Positions 28,131 through 37,686 of a stretch of DNA of 64,000 nt are shown piece by piece. Made by a program: the position numbers and the translations under genes. Location: positions 5,472,001 to 5,536,000 of the forward strand of contig OZ245365.1 in NCBI GenBank assembly GCA_965226495.1, read 5' to 3'. The stretch's first letter is position 1. Each line of letters starts with the position of its first letter. Source of the DNA: Candidatus Marinacidobacterales bacterium. Its GTDB lineage: Bacteria; Acidobacteriota; Vicinamibacteria; Marinacidobacterales; DATDRI01. The notes beneath the pieces were generated by a model that was not told the DNA's origin, did not search any database, and saw only the letters and a program-made list of their open reading frames with translations.

Positions 28131-29195
28131 ATGGGCTACCACGATGTGATGAAGCGGATGGCCGATGAGTACGGCCTGTTGTCGGTCCTCTTGGAGCTCA
28201 CCTACCGTTGCAACCTCGATTGCTTCTTCTGCTACAACGATCTCAACCTCGAGGGGGAGCGACTTTCCACCGAGGACTATCTCCGTCTACTCCAAGACCT
28301 ACGCGACTTACAGGTTATGGTTCTCGTTGTTTCAGGCGGAGAGCCTTTGGCGAGTCCGGCGTTTTGGCCTCTCGGGGTTAGGGCCCGAGAGTTGGGCTTC
28401 GTCACCCGCATCAAATCGAACGGGCACGCCTTGGGAAAAGAAATCGCGCACCGGTTGAAGACCGAGTTGGACCCCTATATCGTCGAAATCAGCCTACACG
28501 GCGCTTGCGCCGAGACCCATGACCGCCAGACTCGGGTCGAAGGAAGCTTCGACAAGCTGACCGCCAACCTAGAAGAGATGCGCCGGGCTGGTTTGCGGGT
28601 CAAGCTCAACAGCACGTTCACCCGCTGGAACGAGAACGAAATCGATAAGATGTTCGCCCTCGCAGACGAAATGGATATTCCGCTTTCTATCGATGCTGTG
28701 GTTACCCCCAGAGACGACGGCGATCGCGAGCCCCTCGCAATCGCCGCCTCGGCCGAAGGCGTGGCGCATCTCTATTCATTGCTCCGAGAGCGAAAAGGGC
28801 AGCCTCCCCAAGAGACGTTCTCGGTTAGCCAGAATGCTCGGAAGAACTGCGGTACCGGCTCCGCGACACTCGCGGTCGATCCCTTTGGAAACGTGTACCC
28901 GTGCATTCAGTGGCGCAGGCCGGTTGGAAACCTACACCGACAATCGGTCAAGGAGATCTGGGGCGGATCCAACAAAGCGCTCGATGAGATCCGGCAATTG
29001 AACACAGAAGCGGGGCGATTGGTGGACAGCTTGGGCCCCGCGGGTCAGGACATGGGATTCTGCCTCGGGCTGGCGGAAGAGCTGACCGGCGATCCTCTCG
29101 CTCTTTATCCCCAGGCCGAGCGAAACCTGCGCGTCCTGCAAGAATTACAGACGAAAACCGAGACGATACGCCTGCCTATTTACGGACAGGACTAA
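28131..29195 (+). CDS. radical SAM protein with a reduced SPASM/twitch domain
   Basis: ELTYRCNLDCFFCY (CxxxCxxC), SGGEPL, ISLHG and CGTG...VDPFGNVYPC. Confidence 0.93.
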   Translation: MGYHDVMKRMADEYGLLSVLLELTYRCNLDCFFCYNDLNLEGERLSTEDYLRLLQDLRDLQVMVLVVSGGEPLASPAFWPLGVRARELGFVTRIKSNGHALGKEIAHRLKTELDPYIVEISLHGACAETHDRQTRVEGSFDKLTANLEEMRRAGLRVKLNSTFTRWNENEIDKMFALADEMDIPLSIDAVVTPRDDGDREPLAIAASAEGVAHLYSLLRERKGQPPQETFSVSQNARKNCGTGSATLAVDPFGNVYPCIQWRRPVGNLHRQSVKEIWGGSNKALDEIRQLNTEAGRLVDSLGPAGQDMGFCLGLAEELTGDPLALYPQAERNLRVLQELQTKTETIRLPIYGQD

Positions 29196-30822
29196 TTCCT
29201 TTCGGGTCTCGATCGAGCCCGACAACAACTCCCACGATAACACTGAGAAGTGCCGCGTTCGCGGGCAGATGAAGACTGAAATCGGTGAAGCTATGAAGCG
29301 CGATTGCCAACGCCGCCGAGCAATATCCGGCGTGCAAATGGAGTGCGGCACGGTCACCGAGTAGCCTTTGTCGAGTGTGCCAAGCCGCCTTCCAAACGCT
29401 GACTACGAGCCACAAGAAAAGTAGCAGCCCGGGAACGCCGAGCTCTATAAGAAGCTGCAAATAGTCGTTGTGGGTGTGGGTGTAGGAGACAGCCCCTCCA
29501 AAGCTTCGGTAGATGGGGAAGATGTGACCGAAGGTGCCTAAACCCGATCCGGTAAGCCAGAAATCGCTCGTCGCCTGCACGCTGTCCGACCACACTCGCT
29601 GACGCCCCACCTCCGCGTTCCAAAGCTCGGCGACCGCGTCGAAACGCTGAGCCAAGATACCCATTCCAAACCAAATGACGATCCCGGCGACGACGAAAGA
29701 GAAAGCTCGAAGGCTTCGCGCCGCGTAGCGCGCCGGTTCGCCAGCACGAACTTCGATCGGCCCTGCTTCTGGCGATCGCGAGCCGGCCAATACGGTGAAG
29801 AACGCAAGGGCGGCTACCGCCGCGATGATCCCCGACCGGGAGAGCGAAAAGAGGAGCCCCAGGCCAATCACGATGAGCCCGAAGCCCACAACGACGGACT
29901 TGGCTCGCGACTCTTGCCGGACGACATTGGCTAGGCGCGAGAAGCCGCTTCTTCGTGCGTCACCGGCGTCGACACGAGCCATCCGAGCACCAATCCAGCC
30001 GACGCTCACGAGCAAGAGCATTTCCATGCTGGCAGCATAATGGTTGGGGTTGCCAAACGTCCCGCGAGCTCGGAGTCCCACATCCGACGGATCGGCGCCG
30101 AGCAGTTCCTGCAATCCAACAAGCCACTGAGCTACCCCGTAAAGACCAGCCGCGACACCCACTATCAGGAACATCGACGAGAGACGGTCAACGGAGCGGC
30201 GATTCGAAGCCAAGCAAACGCCAACGTAGAAAAGAGCGAGGTAGGCCACCCAAAGGCAAAGTCCGCGCTCGGTTAGAAAGCTAGACAATGTTATGGGTGC
30301 TTCGATCGAAACTTCGTCGTCGAGCATAAGGCCTTGAGCTGCCATCCGGATCTCGCTCGCTCGCGGGGATAGCCGAAGCATCCAACCTTCACTCAGTGGT
30401 AGTAAGGACGCTCCCATCCAAACGGTGAGCAGCAAAAGGGGCATTCCCAAGCTGGCTCGCTTGAATTCGTATCCGGCACAGAAGAAGGAATCGGGGCGCC
30501 TCTCAGGACGACCCGGAAGCAGAATCTCGACTCCCGCTGTACTTCCTCTGGCAGGAAAGAGGCCTAGACTCAACATACGGCTCACGGTAGCTAGGTGCGG
30601 ATACCGAACGGCGAAAGGCAGTTTCCGCGAGGCACGCCGTTCCTCCAAGTTGCGCGCCCTTTCTTCCGGCTTGGTAGACCACAGGACACGCAAGAGAACC
30701 CATGACAAGAGAGAACCCGCCCCGAGCTCAAGGAGGAGGGTAGCCCACGGCGCGTAGCCTCCCCAACCCAGGGTCACACAAACCAGCCATAGCACGATGA
30801 CGTAGGGAAGGTGACGGAGCAT
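29176..30822 (-). CDS. O-antigen ligase / oligosaccharyltransferase (Wzy_C) family membrane protein
   Basis: RARGTFGNPNHYA, SLSRSG, GSGLGTF, HTHNDYLQLLIELG and HSFTDFSLH motifs. Confidence 0.88.
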   Translation of the reverse strand: MLRHLPYVIVLWLVCVTLGWGGYAPWATLLLELGAGSLLSWVLLRVLWSTKPEERARNLEERRASRKLPFAVRYPHLATVSRMLSLGLFPARGSTAGVEILLPGRPERRPDSFFCAGYEFKRASLGMPLLLLTVWMGASLLPLSEGWMLRLSPRASEIRMAAQGLMLDDEVSIEAPITLSSFLTERGLCLWVAYLALFYVGVCLASNRRSVDRLSSMFLIVGVAAGLYGVAQWLVGLQELLGADPSDVGLRARGTFGNPNHYAASMEMLLLVSVGWIGARMARVDAGDARRSGFSRLANVVRQESRAKSVVVGFGLIVIGLGLLFSLSRSGIIAAVAALAFFTVLAGSRSPEAGPIEVRAGEPARYAARSLRAFSFVVAGIVIWFGMGILAQRFDAVAELWNAEVGRQRVWSDSVQATSDFWLTGSGLGTFGHIFPIYRSFGGAVSYTHTHNDYLQLLIELGVPGLLLFLWLVVSVWKAAWHTRQRLLGDRAALHLHAGYCSAALAIALHSFTDFSLHLPANAALLSVIVGVVVGLDRDPKGISPVRK

Positions 30823-30838
30823 TTGCCTTGTTGCCTTG

Positions 30839-32038
30839 TTACGAACCTTCTGCAGATGGCTTGTTCAGAAGCAAGAGTTGTCTAAGCTCTCCATCGGCTT
30901 GGGAATGTTGCGGATGGAGCCGCAGGACTTCCCGGTAGGCCTCAATCGAGGCACGCCGTTTCCCGGCCTTGCGGTACACACGGGCCAAGCCAAGCCGTGA
31001 GTCGGGATCGTTGGGAGCAGCTTCGGTGGCCTTCAGCAAGAGGCTCTCTGCCATAACCACCTGGTCCGCCCTCAGATACTGGTAGCCCATGCCTCTCAAA
31101 AGCTCCACGCTAGCCGAAGACGATGCGCCGGCATGACGCTCTACCTTCTTTAACGCTTCGCTAAAGGCCTCATACGCTCTCTCCGGCTGACCTAGCTCGA
31201 GATGAGCCCTCGCTACCACCAAGGCGGCGCGAGCAAAATCTCTCCCCGCGCGCCCCGAGCGATCCTCCTGCTCGAGCCACTCCTGCCCCGTTCGAAGCGC
31301 GATTGCGGGCGCGTTCCATTCGAAGGCCCATCGTGCCGCGTCGAAGAAAAATTCTCTCTCCGAGGCCGATTCGAGAACCCCGGCGAGAACGTCCAGGGCT
31401 TCGGTTCTGTGCGACGACCTGGCGAGGGCTAGGGCGAGCTCTTTTCTTGCCGGAACGGTCTCGGGTGTCAGGTCGCGCCACTTGTCCGCCGGCACGCCGC
31501 TCCAAGCGACGAGCTTCAACGAGGCGGGGACGAGGTCGGGCTCTAGCTTCATCGCCAACGCCAGATGACCCAGCCCGCGACGGCGAGCATCACCGAACTC
31601 GTCCGACCTTCGCGACGCCACCTTTTCTATTCGAAGCGGCTCGACCCTAGGTGTAAGCAACCATTGCGCGTACGCGAAACGAAGACGTCCATTAGAAGGA
31701 GAAAGCTCGATGGTCGCTTCGAAGGCCCGCTCGGTGAGCTCGCGTTCTTCCAGTCGATTTGCCAAAAAAGCAGCAAGTAGAAATGGCGACTGATAGGAGG
31801 CGGGAGCCTCTTTCAACGATTGGCGAAGATAGGGCAGAATGCTACCAGAGAAGTTCTTGGACTCGATGGCGTGACGAGTGAGGCCCAATGTTGCTTCGGG
31901 ATGTCGCAGCCGTGGGCTCGACTCGAGCTCGATCTCACTGGGAAAGCGCGCCCAGCTCTCTTGCTCATAGAAGAAGAACGAGGCCCCTGCATAAGCGCCT
32001 GCGACGATGGCGAGGATGCTAGTCAGGACGAAACGCAT
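30839..32038 (-). CDS. exported or membrane-anchored tetratricopeptide repeat protein
   Basis: N-terminal hydrophobic segment; TPR-like helices, e.g. APNDPDSRLGLARVYRKAG...YREVLRLHP. Confidence 0.7.
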   Translation of the reverse strand: MRFVLTSILAIVAGAYAGASFFFYEQESWARFPSEIELESSPRLRHPEATLGLTRHAIESKNFSGSILPYLRQSLKEAPASYQSPFLLAAFLANRLEERELTERAFEATIELSPSNGRLRFAYAQWLLTPRVEPLRIEKVASRRSDEFGDARRRGLGHLALAMKLEPDLVPASLKLVAWSGVPADKWRDLTPETVPARKELALALARSSHRTEALDVLAGVLESASEREFFFDAARWAFEWNAPAIALRTGQEWLEQEDRSGRAGRDFARAALVVARAHLELGQPERAYEAFSEALKKVERHAGASSSASVELLRGMGYQYLRADQVVMAESLLLKATEAAPNDPDSRLGLARVYRKAGKRRASIEAYREVLRLHPQHSQADGELRQLLLLNKPSAEGS

Positions 32039-32060
32039 GGTGTTGCAGAAAGAATGGAGT

Positions 32061-34034
32061 CTATTTCCCTACCGCGAGCGAACGGCTCCCCAAGGGCACC
32101 GAGTCGGACCGCGACTCGCCGAAGGGCGGTGACACGAGGCGTGCTTCGGGGAGCACATCACTCAATACCAGCCGGATCGCACTATCCTTCTCCTCGAACG
32201 AGTACTGTTCCAGGCGGCGAAGGGCCGACTGCACCACGTCTTCAGGGTAGGGACCTATCTTGCCGATACGGATCTTGGGGTGTCGAGTCATGGAAACCAA
32301 CTCGCTGCTGAGCTGCAGCTCCTCGTGGAGTTTCTCCCCCGGACGAAGACCGGTAAAGACGATTTCCACATCCTCGAACGGTTTGAGACCCGAAAGCAGG
32401 ATCATGTCGCGCGCCAGATCCAAAATGCGCACCGACTCGCCCATGTCGAGAATGAATATCTCACCCCCTTCTCCCATGGCACCCGCCTGAAGAACTAGTT
32501 GAGCCGCTTCGGGAATGGTCATGAAATAGCGCCTCACCTGGGGATGGGTGACGGTCACCGGTTCACCCCGCTCGATCTGTTCTCGAAAAATGGGGATCAC
32601 GGATCCGGCCGAACCCATGACGTTTCCAAACCGAACCGCGACGTAACGAGTCGGAAAGCGACGCCCGAGATCCTGCACGATCAGTTCGGCCATCCTCTTC
32701 GAAGCTCCCATAATGGATGTCGGTCGGACCGCTTTGTCGGTGGAAACGAGCACAAACGTACTCACGCCGAGCTCACCGGCCAGCACCCCGAGCGTATTGG
32801 TGGCGAGCGCGTTGTTCTTGATGGCTTCGGTGGGATGCAATTCCATCATCGTAACGTGTTTGTGAGCCGCGGCGTGCAAAATCACGTCGGGCCGATGTGT
32901 CGACAGAACCGAACGAATTCTCTGCGCATCCCCTACATCAGCCACTATCGGAACTAACTCTAGGCTCGGGTACAATCGCCGGAGCTCCCGTTCCACGTCG
33001 AAGAGGGCAAACTCTGCACGCTCCAAGAGTAGGAGACGCTCGGGAAGGAATCGGGCCACCTGACGCGCCAGCTCAGATCCGATGGACCCCCCGGCACCGG
33101 TGACCGCAACCGTCTTACCAGCCAGAAACTCCTGTACCTCGTGTTCGTCCAACTGAACCTGTTCGCGTCCAAGCAAATCTTCTATGTCCACGTCGCGTAT
33201 GGCGCTGACGGAAACTCGTCCCTCCAGGATCTCGTAGAGTCCAGGAATGATTCTTACTTTGATCGGAATCCGTTCACAGATTTCAACGATCCTTCGAACG
33301 CTACGCCGAGAGGTGGCAGCAATGGTGATGACCACTTCGTCGATCTTGAGCTTCTTCGTGAGGTGCGGTAAATCCAGGGTCCCCCCTAGAACTTGAATCC
33401 CCTGAATGACGAGCGCATGTTTGTATCGGTCGTCGTCGACGAAACCCATTAACTCGAGGCCCGAGTCGGTCCGCCGCTGAATCTCTTTCGCAACCATGAC
33501 GCCCGCCTCGCCCGCACCAACGAGCAAGACCGCCTTCCGACGCCCGCCGCGAGGGCTCCCGGACCGTTTTTCGAACCGCTCGTGGATCGTTCGCCGGAGT
33601 ACCCGAAGAGCCAACACCCCACCAAACCCGAGCACGGTGGACATCATTAGGATGGAGGTTGGGACGCGCCACCGGTGGAAGTCATCCGGTAGGCCGAAAC
33701 GCATCAAGATGAGGGGCAGGAAAGACCAAAGAGCTGCTTTGACAAAAGCCCCGCTCTCCGCCACACCGACGTAACGCCAGACGAAAGAGTAGACGCCCGC
33801 GATGAGGAGCATCGTGAACTGTACCAGGACGACCAAAGGTAGCTGAGTGATCCCGCGCAGCAGGTTGGTCTCAGGAATACGAAAATCGAATCGAAGGAGG
33901 TAAGACAAACAGAATGCAGCCGCCAAGACGGCGAGATCGAGAGCGAACTGGAGTCGGCGGCTGAGCAGACGACTCCACCAGCGAGGGGACCTCGCCCGTT
34001 CGGTTCTCTCCGTTTTGCTCACTGGTTGGGTCAC
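32061..34034 (-). CDS. membrane-bound UDP-GlcNAc 4,6-dehydratase (PglF/CapD/WbpM-like)
   Basis: N-terminal TMs; VTGAGGSIGSEL, HAAAHKHV, STDKAVRPTSIMGASKR, RFGNV and GLRPGEKLHEEL. Confidence 0.93.
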   Translation of the reverse strand: MTQPVSKTERTERARSPRWWSRLLSRRLQFALDLAVLAAAFCLSYLLRFDFRIPETNLLRGITQLPLVVLVQFTMLLIAGVYSFVWRYVGVAESGAFVKAALWSFLPLILMRFGLPDDFHRWRVPTSILMMSTVLGFGGVLALRVLRRTIHERFEKRSGSPRGGRRKAVLLVGAGEAGVMVAKEIQRRTDSGLELMGFVDDDRYKHALVIQGIQVLGGTLDLPHLTKKLKIDEVVITIAATSRRSVRRIVEICERIPIKVRIIPGLYEILEGRVSVSAIRDVDIEDLLGREQVQLDEHEVQEFLAGKTVAVTGAGGSIGSELARQVARFLPERLLLLERAEFALFDVERELRRLYPSLELVPIVADVGDAQRIRSVLSTHRPDVILHAAAHKHVTMMELHPTEAIKNNALATNTLGVLAGELGVSTFVLVSTDKAVRPTSIMGASKRMAELIVQDLGRRFPTRYVAVRFGNVMGSAGSVIPIFREQIERGEPVTVTHPQVRRYFMTIPEAAQLVLQAGAMGEGGEIFILDMGESVRILDLARDMILLSGLKPFEDVEIVFTGLRPGEKLHEELQLSSELVSMTRHPKIRIGKIGPYPEDVVQSALRRLEQYSFEEKDSAIRLVLSDVLPEARLVSPPFGESRSDSVPLGSRSLAVGK

Positions 34035-34167
34035 GCGTCCGGAATCCCCGGCAAAAAGATCCGGTATTGCTCTCGTTGGCGCGTATTAGGGGAATGCTAT
34101 ATTAGGCTGTTATTGTCTTATTTTGCCACACTTTACAGGAACTTACAATGAGAAAGGGGGGGGCATA

Positions 34168-35310
34168 TCAGGCGCCGCGGCACTGGCGCCGAATGAGATC
34201 GATGACTCTACGACGCTCGCCATCGCCGAGATTGGAGCCACTCGGTAAACACAGCCCTCGCTCGAAAAGCTCCCGCGCCACGCTGCCGCCTTTGATCCCG
34301 CAGCCGGAAAAAACCGGCTGTAGATGCAAGGGCTTCCAGACCGGCCGCACCTCGATGTCCTCCCTCGCCAATGCTTCTCGGACGTCGTCCCTCGTCGCCC
34401 CGAAGTGAGCAGGATCGATCGTCAGGCAAGTCAACCAACGCGTGGAGCGACCGTAGGGCGCCTCGGGCATGAACTCTATGCCGGGCAATCCGCCTAGACC
34501 TTGGAGATAGCAATCGAAGTTATCCCGTCGGGCCTCGATGCGCTTCTGCAATAAGCCCAACTGACCGCTCCCGATGGCCGCGAGGACGTTACTCATCTGA
34601 TAGTTGTAGCCAATCGTAGAATGCTCGTAGTGAGGCGCTTCGTCTCTTGCCTGGCCGGCCAGGAACCGAGCTCGCTCGATGAACCGGTTGTCGTAAGAAA
34701 CGAGCATGCCGCCACCCGAAGTCGTGATGATCTTGTTGCCGTTGAACGAGAAGGCGCCGAGCTTTCCAAATTGCCCCACGCTCCTACCCTTGTAGGTCGC
34801 ACCGAGTGCCTCCGCGGCGTCTTCGATAACCGGAACGTCGTACTCGCGGCAGGCCCCCAAAATGCGATCGTAGTCGGCACTCTGGCCGTAGAGGTCGACC
34901 ACCACCACCGCACGCGGGAGCTTGCCTCGCCGAGCGCGGATCCGAAGCTCCTCCCACAGGAGATCGGGATCCATGTTCCAAGTTGATCGTTCGGAGTCGA
35001 TGAAGAAGGGTCGTCCCCCCTCATAGACAATAGGGTTCGCGCTGGCACTGAAAGTAAGCGTTGAGCAGAGGACTTCGTCCCCCGACTGCACCCCCACCAA
35101 ACGAAGTGCCAAATGAATGGCTGCCGTTCCGGACGAGAGCGCAACCGTATGTGGGACGCCCACTACCTCCGCAAACTCCTTCTCGAAATTCTCGATGTGA
35201 GGACCAACGGGAGCGATCCAGCCGGACGCTAACGCGTCCTGCACGAGGGTCCACTCGATGTCACCCAGATGGGGAGGAGAAAGATAGACGCGCTCTACAC
35301 CATTAGCCAT
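34168..35310 (-). CDS. DegT/DnrJ family sugar aminotransferase (PglE/EpsN-like)
   Basis: YLSPPH, SSGTAAIHLAL, EDAAEALG and SFNGNKIITTSGGG (PLP Lys). Confidence 0.93.
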   Translation of the reverse strand: MANGVERVYLSPPHLGDIEWTLVQDALASGWIAPVGPHIENFEKEFAEVVGVPHTVALSSGTAAIHLALRLVGVQSGDEVLCSTLTFSASANPIVYEGGRPFFIDSERSTWNMDPDLLWEELRIRARRGKLPRAVVVVDLYGQSADYDRILGACREYDVPVIEDAAEALGATYKGRSVGQFGKLGAFSFNGNKIITTSGGGMLVSYDNRFIERARFLAGQARDEAPHYEHSTIGYNYQMSNVLAAIGSGQLGLLQKRIEARRDNFDCYLQGLGGLPGIEFMPEAPYGRSTRWLTCLTIDPAHFGATRDDVREALAREDIEVRPVWKPLHLQPVFSGCGIKGGSVARELFERGLCLPSGSNLGDGERRRVIDLIRRQCRGA

Positions 35311-35947
35311 CGTGTCCTTCCTTACTTTCCTCGTGCAACGGTCGGGCCGGGACACCAACCGCGAACGTTCGTTCAATCAGATCTCGAACCACTGCAGCCC
35401 CTGCACAAACTGTCGTCCAGGCGCCGACTCGTACTGCTGGAATCGCGGAGGCGCCCACGCCGATCAAGCTACCCTCCCCGATCTCGACCCCTCCGCAGAG
35501 CGCCGCGCGGGGCGCGATATGCGCGAAGTCTCCTATTCGGCAATCGTGATCGAGAATCGCTCCGGTATTAATGATGGCGTGCTCTCCCACGACGGTATCT
35601 GGCTGGATCACGGCGCCGGCGAATACCACGGCTCCGACCCCGATAACGACCGAGGGGTGAACGGTCGCACTCGGATGAATCACTGAAATCCATTCGAGCG
35701 TAAGCGCCGAAGCCATCTCTTTCCTCTTTGAATTGCTGCCAATGGCGACGATCCCGGACTCGAGCTTTCTTTCACCCACCTCACGCACCGGCCCCACGAC
35801 TGGGAATCCCAACAACTCGGCCCCCCACTTCCCAGGGTCATCGTCGAACACCGAGATGGATCCATAGCCCGCAGCCTGAAGGGTAGCGATGACGACCTTC
35901 GCATGACCTCCGGCCCCGATGACGGCAATCGTCGGTGTTGCCTTCAT
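35303..35947 (-). CDS. sugar acetyltransferase (PglD/NeuD family)
   Basis: GAGGHAKVV, hexapeptide repeats, DHDC and GVPAR; start taken at ATG 35947. Confidence 0.92.
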   Translation of the reverse strand: MKATPTIAVIGAGGHAKVVIATLQAAGYGSISVFDDDPGKWGAELLGFPVVGPVREVGERKLESGIVAIGSNSKRKEMASALTLEWISVIHPSATVHPSVVIGVGAVVFAGAVIQPDTVVGEHAIINTGAILDHDCRIGDFAHIAPRAALCGGVEIGEGSLIGVGASAIPAVRVGAWTTVCAGAAVVRDLIERTFAVGVPARPLHEESKEGHDG

Positions 35948-37686
35948 TCCACGCCTCCTCTGAACTCCGGCATGGTTGCGTGCCCTTCGGCGCTGATACC
36001 TTCTCGCCTGATGACTTGGAACAAGGTGCTCCAAAGGATCCTGATATCGAGCCACAGGCTCCAGTGATCCACATACCAAACGTCTCCCTCGAGCTTCTCT
36101 TCCCAGGCCAGCGAATTTCGTCCGTGAATTTGTGCCCAACCCGTGATTCCTGGTTTGATGTTGTGACGACGAGCTTGTTCCGGTTTGTAGAGAGACAAGT
36201 ACTTCATCAAAAGGGGCCGTGGTCCCACTAGGCTCATGTCACCACGGAGTACGTTCCAGAGCTCGGGCATCTCGTCCAGGCTTGTGCTCCGGAGGAACCG
36301 TCCTAGCATCGTTAGCCGTTCATCGTCCGAACGACTGCCGGCCTCCATGGTTCGAAACTTCAAAATGTCGAAGGGTCGCCCCTTCAACCCAGGCCGCTTC
36401 TGGCGAAAAAGCACTGGGCTCCCCATGCTGAGGTACACGGCACACGCGGTCAAAACGAAGATCGGCGCCAGCACCACCAAACCCACGCCGGCCCCCACGA
36501 CATCCATCAGGCGCTTGAACAAAGACGTCATTACACCGCGGGGTGGTGTCTCCGCGTGCAGGGCTCGCTCGAGCGCGCACCAAATCATGTGCGAGGAGAA
36601 CTCCTCCTCCGCTCGTCGACGCCCTGCCTTCCCATGCTCTCGACGCAATGCAGGTTCGCGAAGGTAGCGAAGTAGGGCATGCGCCATGGCACGGCTTTCT
36701 CCCATGGGCACCAATGTTCCTGTGACCCCGTCACGTACAGCATCCGTCGTGCCCGTTCCGCGGAAGCCCACGACAGGCAGTTCCGACGCTGCAGCCTCGA
36801 GTAGCACGTTCGGAAACCCTTCACGACGCGATGGGAAAGCAACGACTTCCATGACGGAGTAATAGCTTTCGGGGTCGGGAACAAAGCCGGTGACCACTAC
36901 TCTGGGGTGCTCTCGAATACGATGAACGACGTGGGAGGATGGGCGATCTTCCACTTCGAAGTCACCGACAAGGAGCAAGCAAGCTTTGGGGCAAGAGCCG
37001 AGCACGGTGTCGAAGGCATCGAGCATTTCTTCTATGCCCTTGTCCTTCGTCAATCGCCCGACGAATCCGATGACCGGAGCGTCGCTCGGAATTCTCAATC
37101 GTTCGAGCAATCTCGCCTTTTTGCTATTGCCGGCGGGGACGCCAAAACGTTCTACGTCTACGCCGTTCGAGGAGCCCGAGGCGAGGACCAGGATCTTGTC
37201 CCCCGATCCGAGGCCCAAGCTCGTATAGAGGCTAGCCAAACTCTGGCTGACGCACACGATCCGGTGAGCACAAGCGGATGCCAACCTTTCGGCACACCAA
37301 AGCAATGCTCTTCGCAGCCCCCGCGCCGTCTCCAGTCGCAGACCGCGAACCGTATAGATCCGAACAGGCACACGGGCCACAAAAGCGGCCAGCGTCCCCA
37401 GAAGCCCGGCCTTCGGTGTGCTGGCATTGACAATGTCGGGCTGCAAGGCTCGCAGCGTTCGATACAAACGCAGCAAGGCTAAAACATCTCGCCAAGGACG
37501 GATGGTCCGATCCATTTTAACGGAGATGGTCCGGATGCCCTCACGCTCCGCCACACGATCGAGATCCTTGCCGGCCGAGCTGATGACGAGAACGTCGAAA
37601 CCCTTCTCCATCAAGTAACGAAGCTGCCCCTTCAGCAGCAAACGAGCCGAGACAGGATGGGTAACGATGTAAACGACGCGAGCCAT
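35944..37686 (-). CDS. fusion of a GT4 glycosyltransferase (PglA-like) and a phosphoglycosyl transferase (PglC-like)
   Basis: N-terminal TPKAGLLG, GSSNGVD and REGFPNVLLEA; C-terminal KRLMD, KFRTM, SLDEMPELWNVLRGDMSLVGPRP and PGITGWAQ. Confidence 0.88.
   Translation of the reverse strand: MARVVYIVTHPVSARLLLKGQLRYLMEKGFDVLVISSAGKDLDRVAEREGIRTISVKMDRTIRPWRDVLALLRLYRTLRALQPDIVNASTPKAGLLGTLAAFVARVPVRIYTVRGLRLETARGLRRALLWCAERLASACAHRIVCVSQSLASLYTSLGLGSGDKILVLASGSSNGVDVERFGVPAGNSKKARLLERLRIPSDAPVIGFVGRLTKDKGIEEMLDAFDTVLGSCPKACLLLVGDFEVEDRPSSHVVHRIREHPRVVVTGFVPDPESYYSVMEVVAFPSRREGFPNVLLEAAASELPVVGFRGTGTTDAVRDGVTGTLVPMGESRAMAHALLRYLREPALRREHGKAGRRRAEEEFSSHMIWCALERALHAETPPRGVMTSLFKRLMDVVGAGVGLVVLAPIFVLTACAVYLSMGSPVLFRQKRPGLKGRPFDILKFRTMEAGSRSDDERLTMLGRFLRSTSLDEMPELWNVLRGDMSLVGPRPLLMKYLSLYKPEQARRHNIKPGITGWAQIHGRNSLAWEEKLEGDVWYVDHWSLWLDIRILWSTLFQVIRREGISAEGHATMPEFRGGVE

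Noticed and set aside
26315-29195. Interpretation as a lasso peptide or PQQ cluster
   Set aside because: No lasso cyclase or B2 peptidase in the window, no suitably placed ring Asp/Glu, no ExxxY PqqA motif and no pqqB or pqqC.
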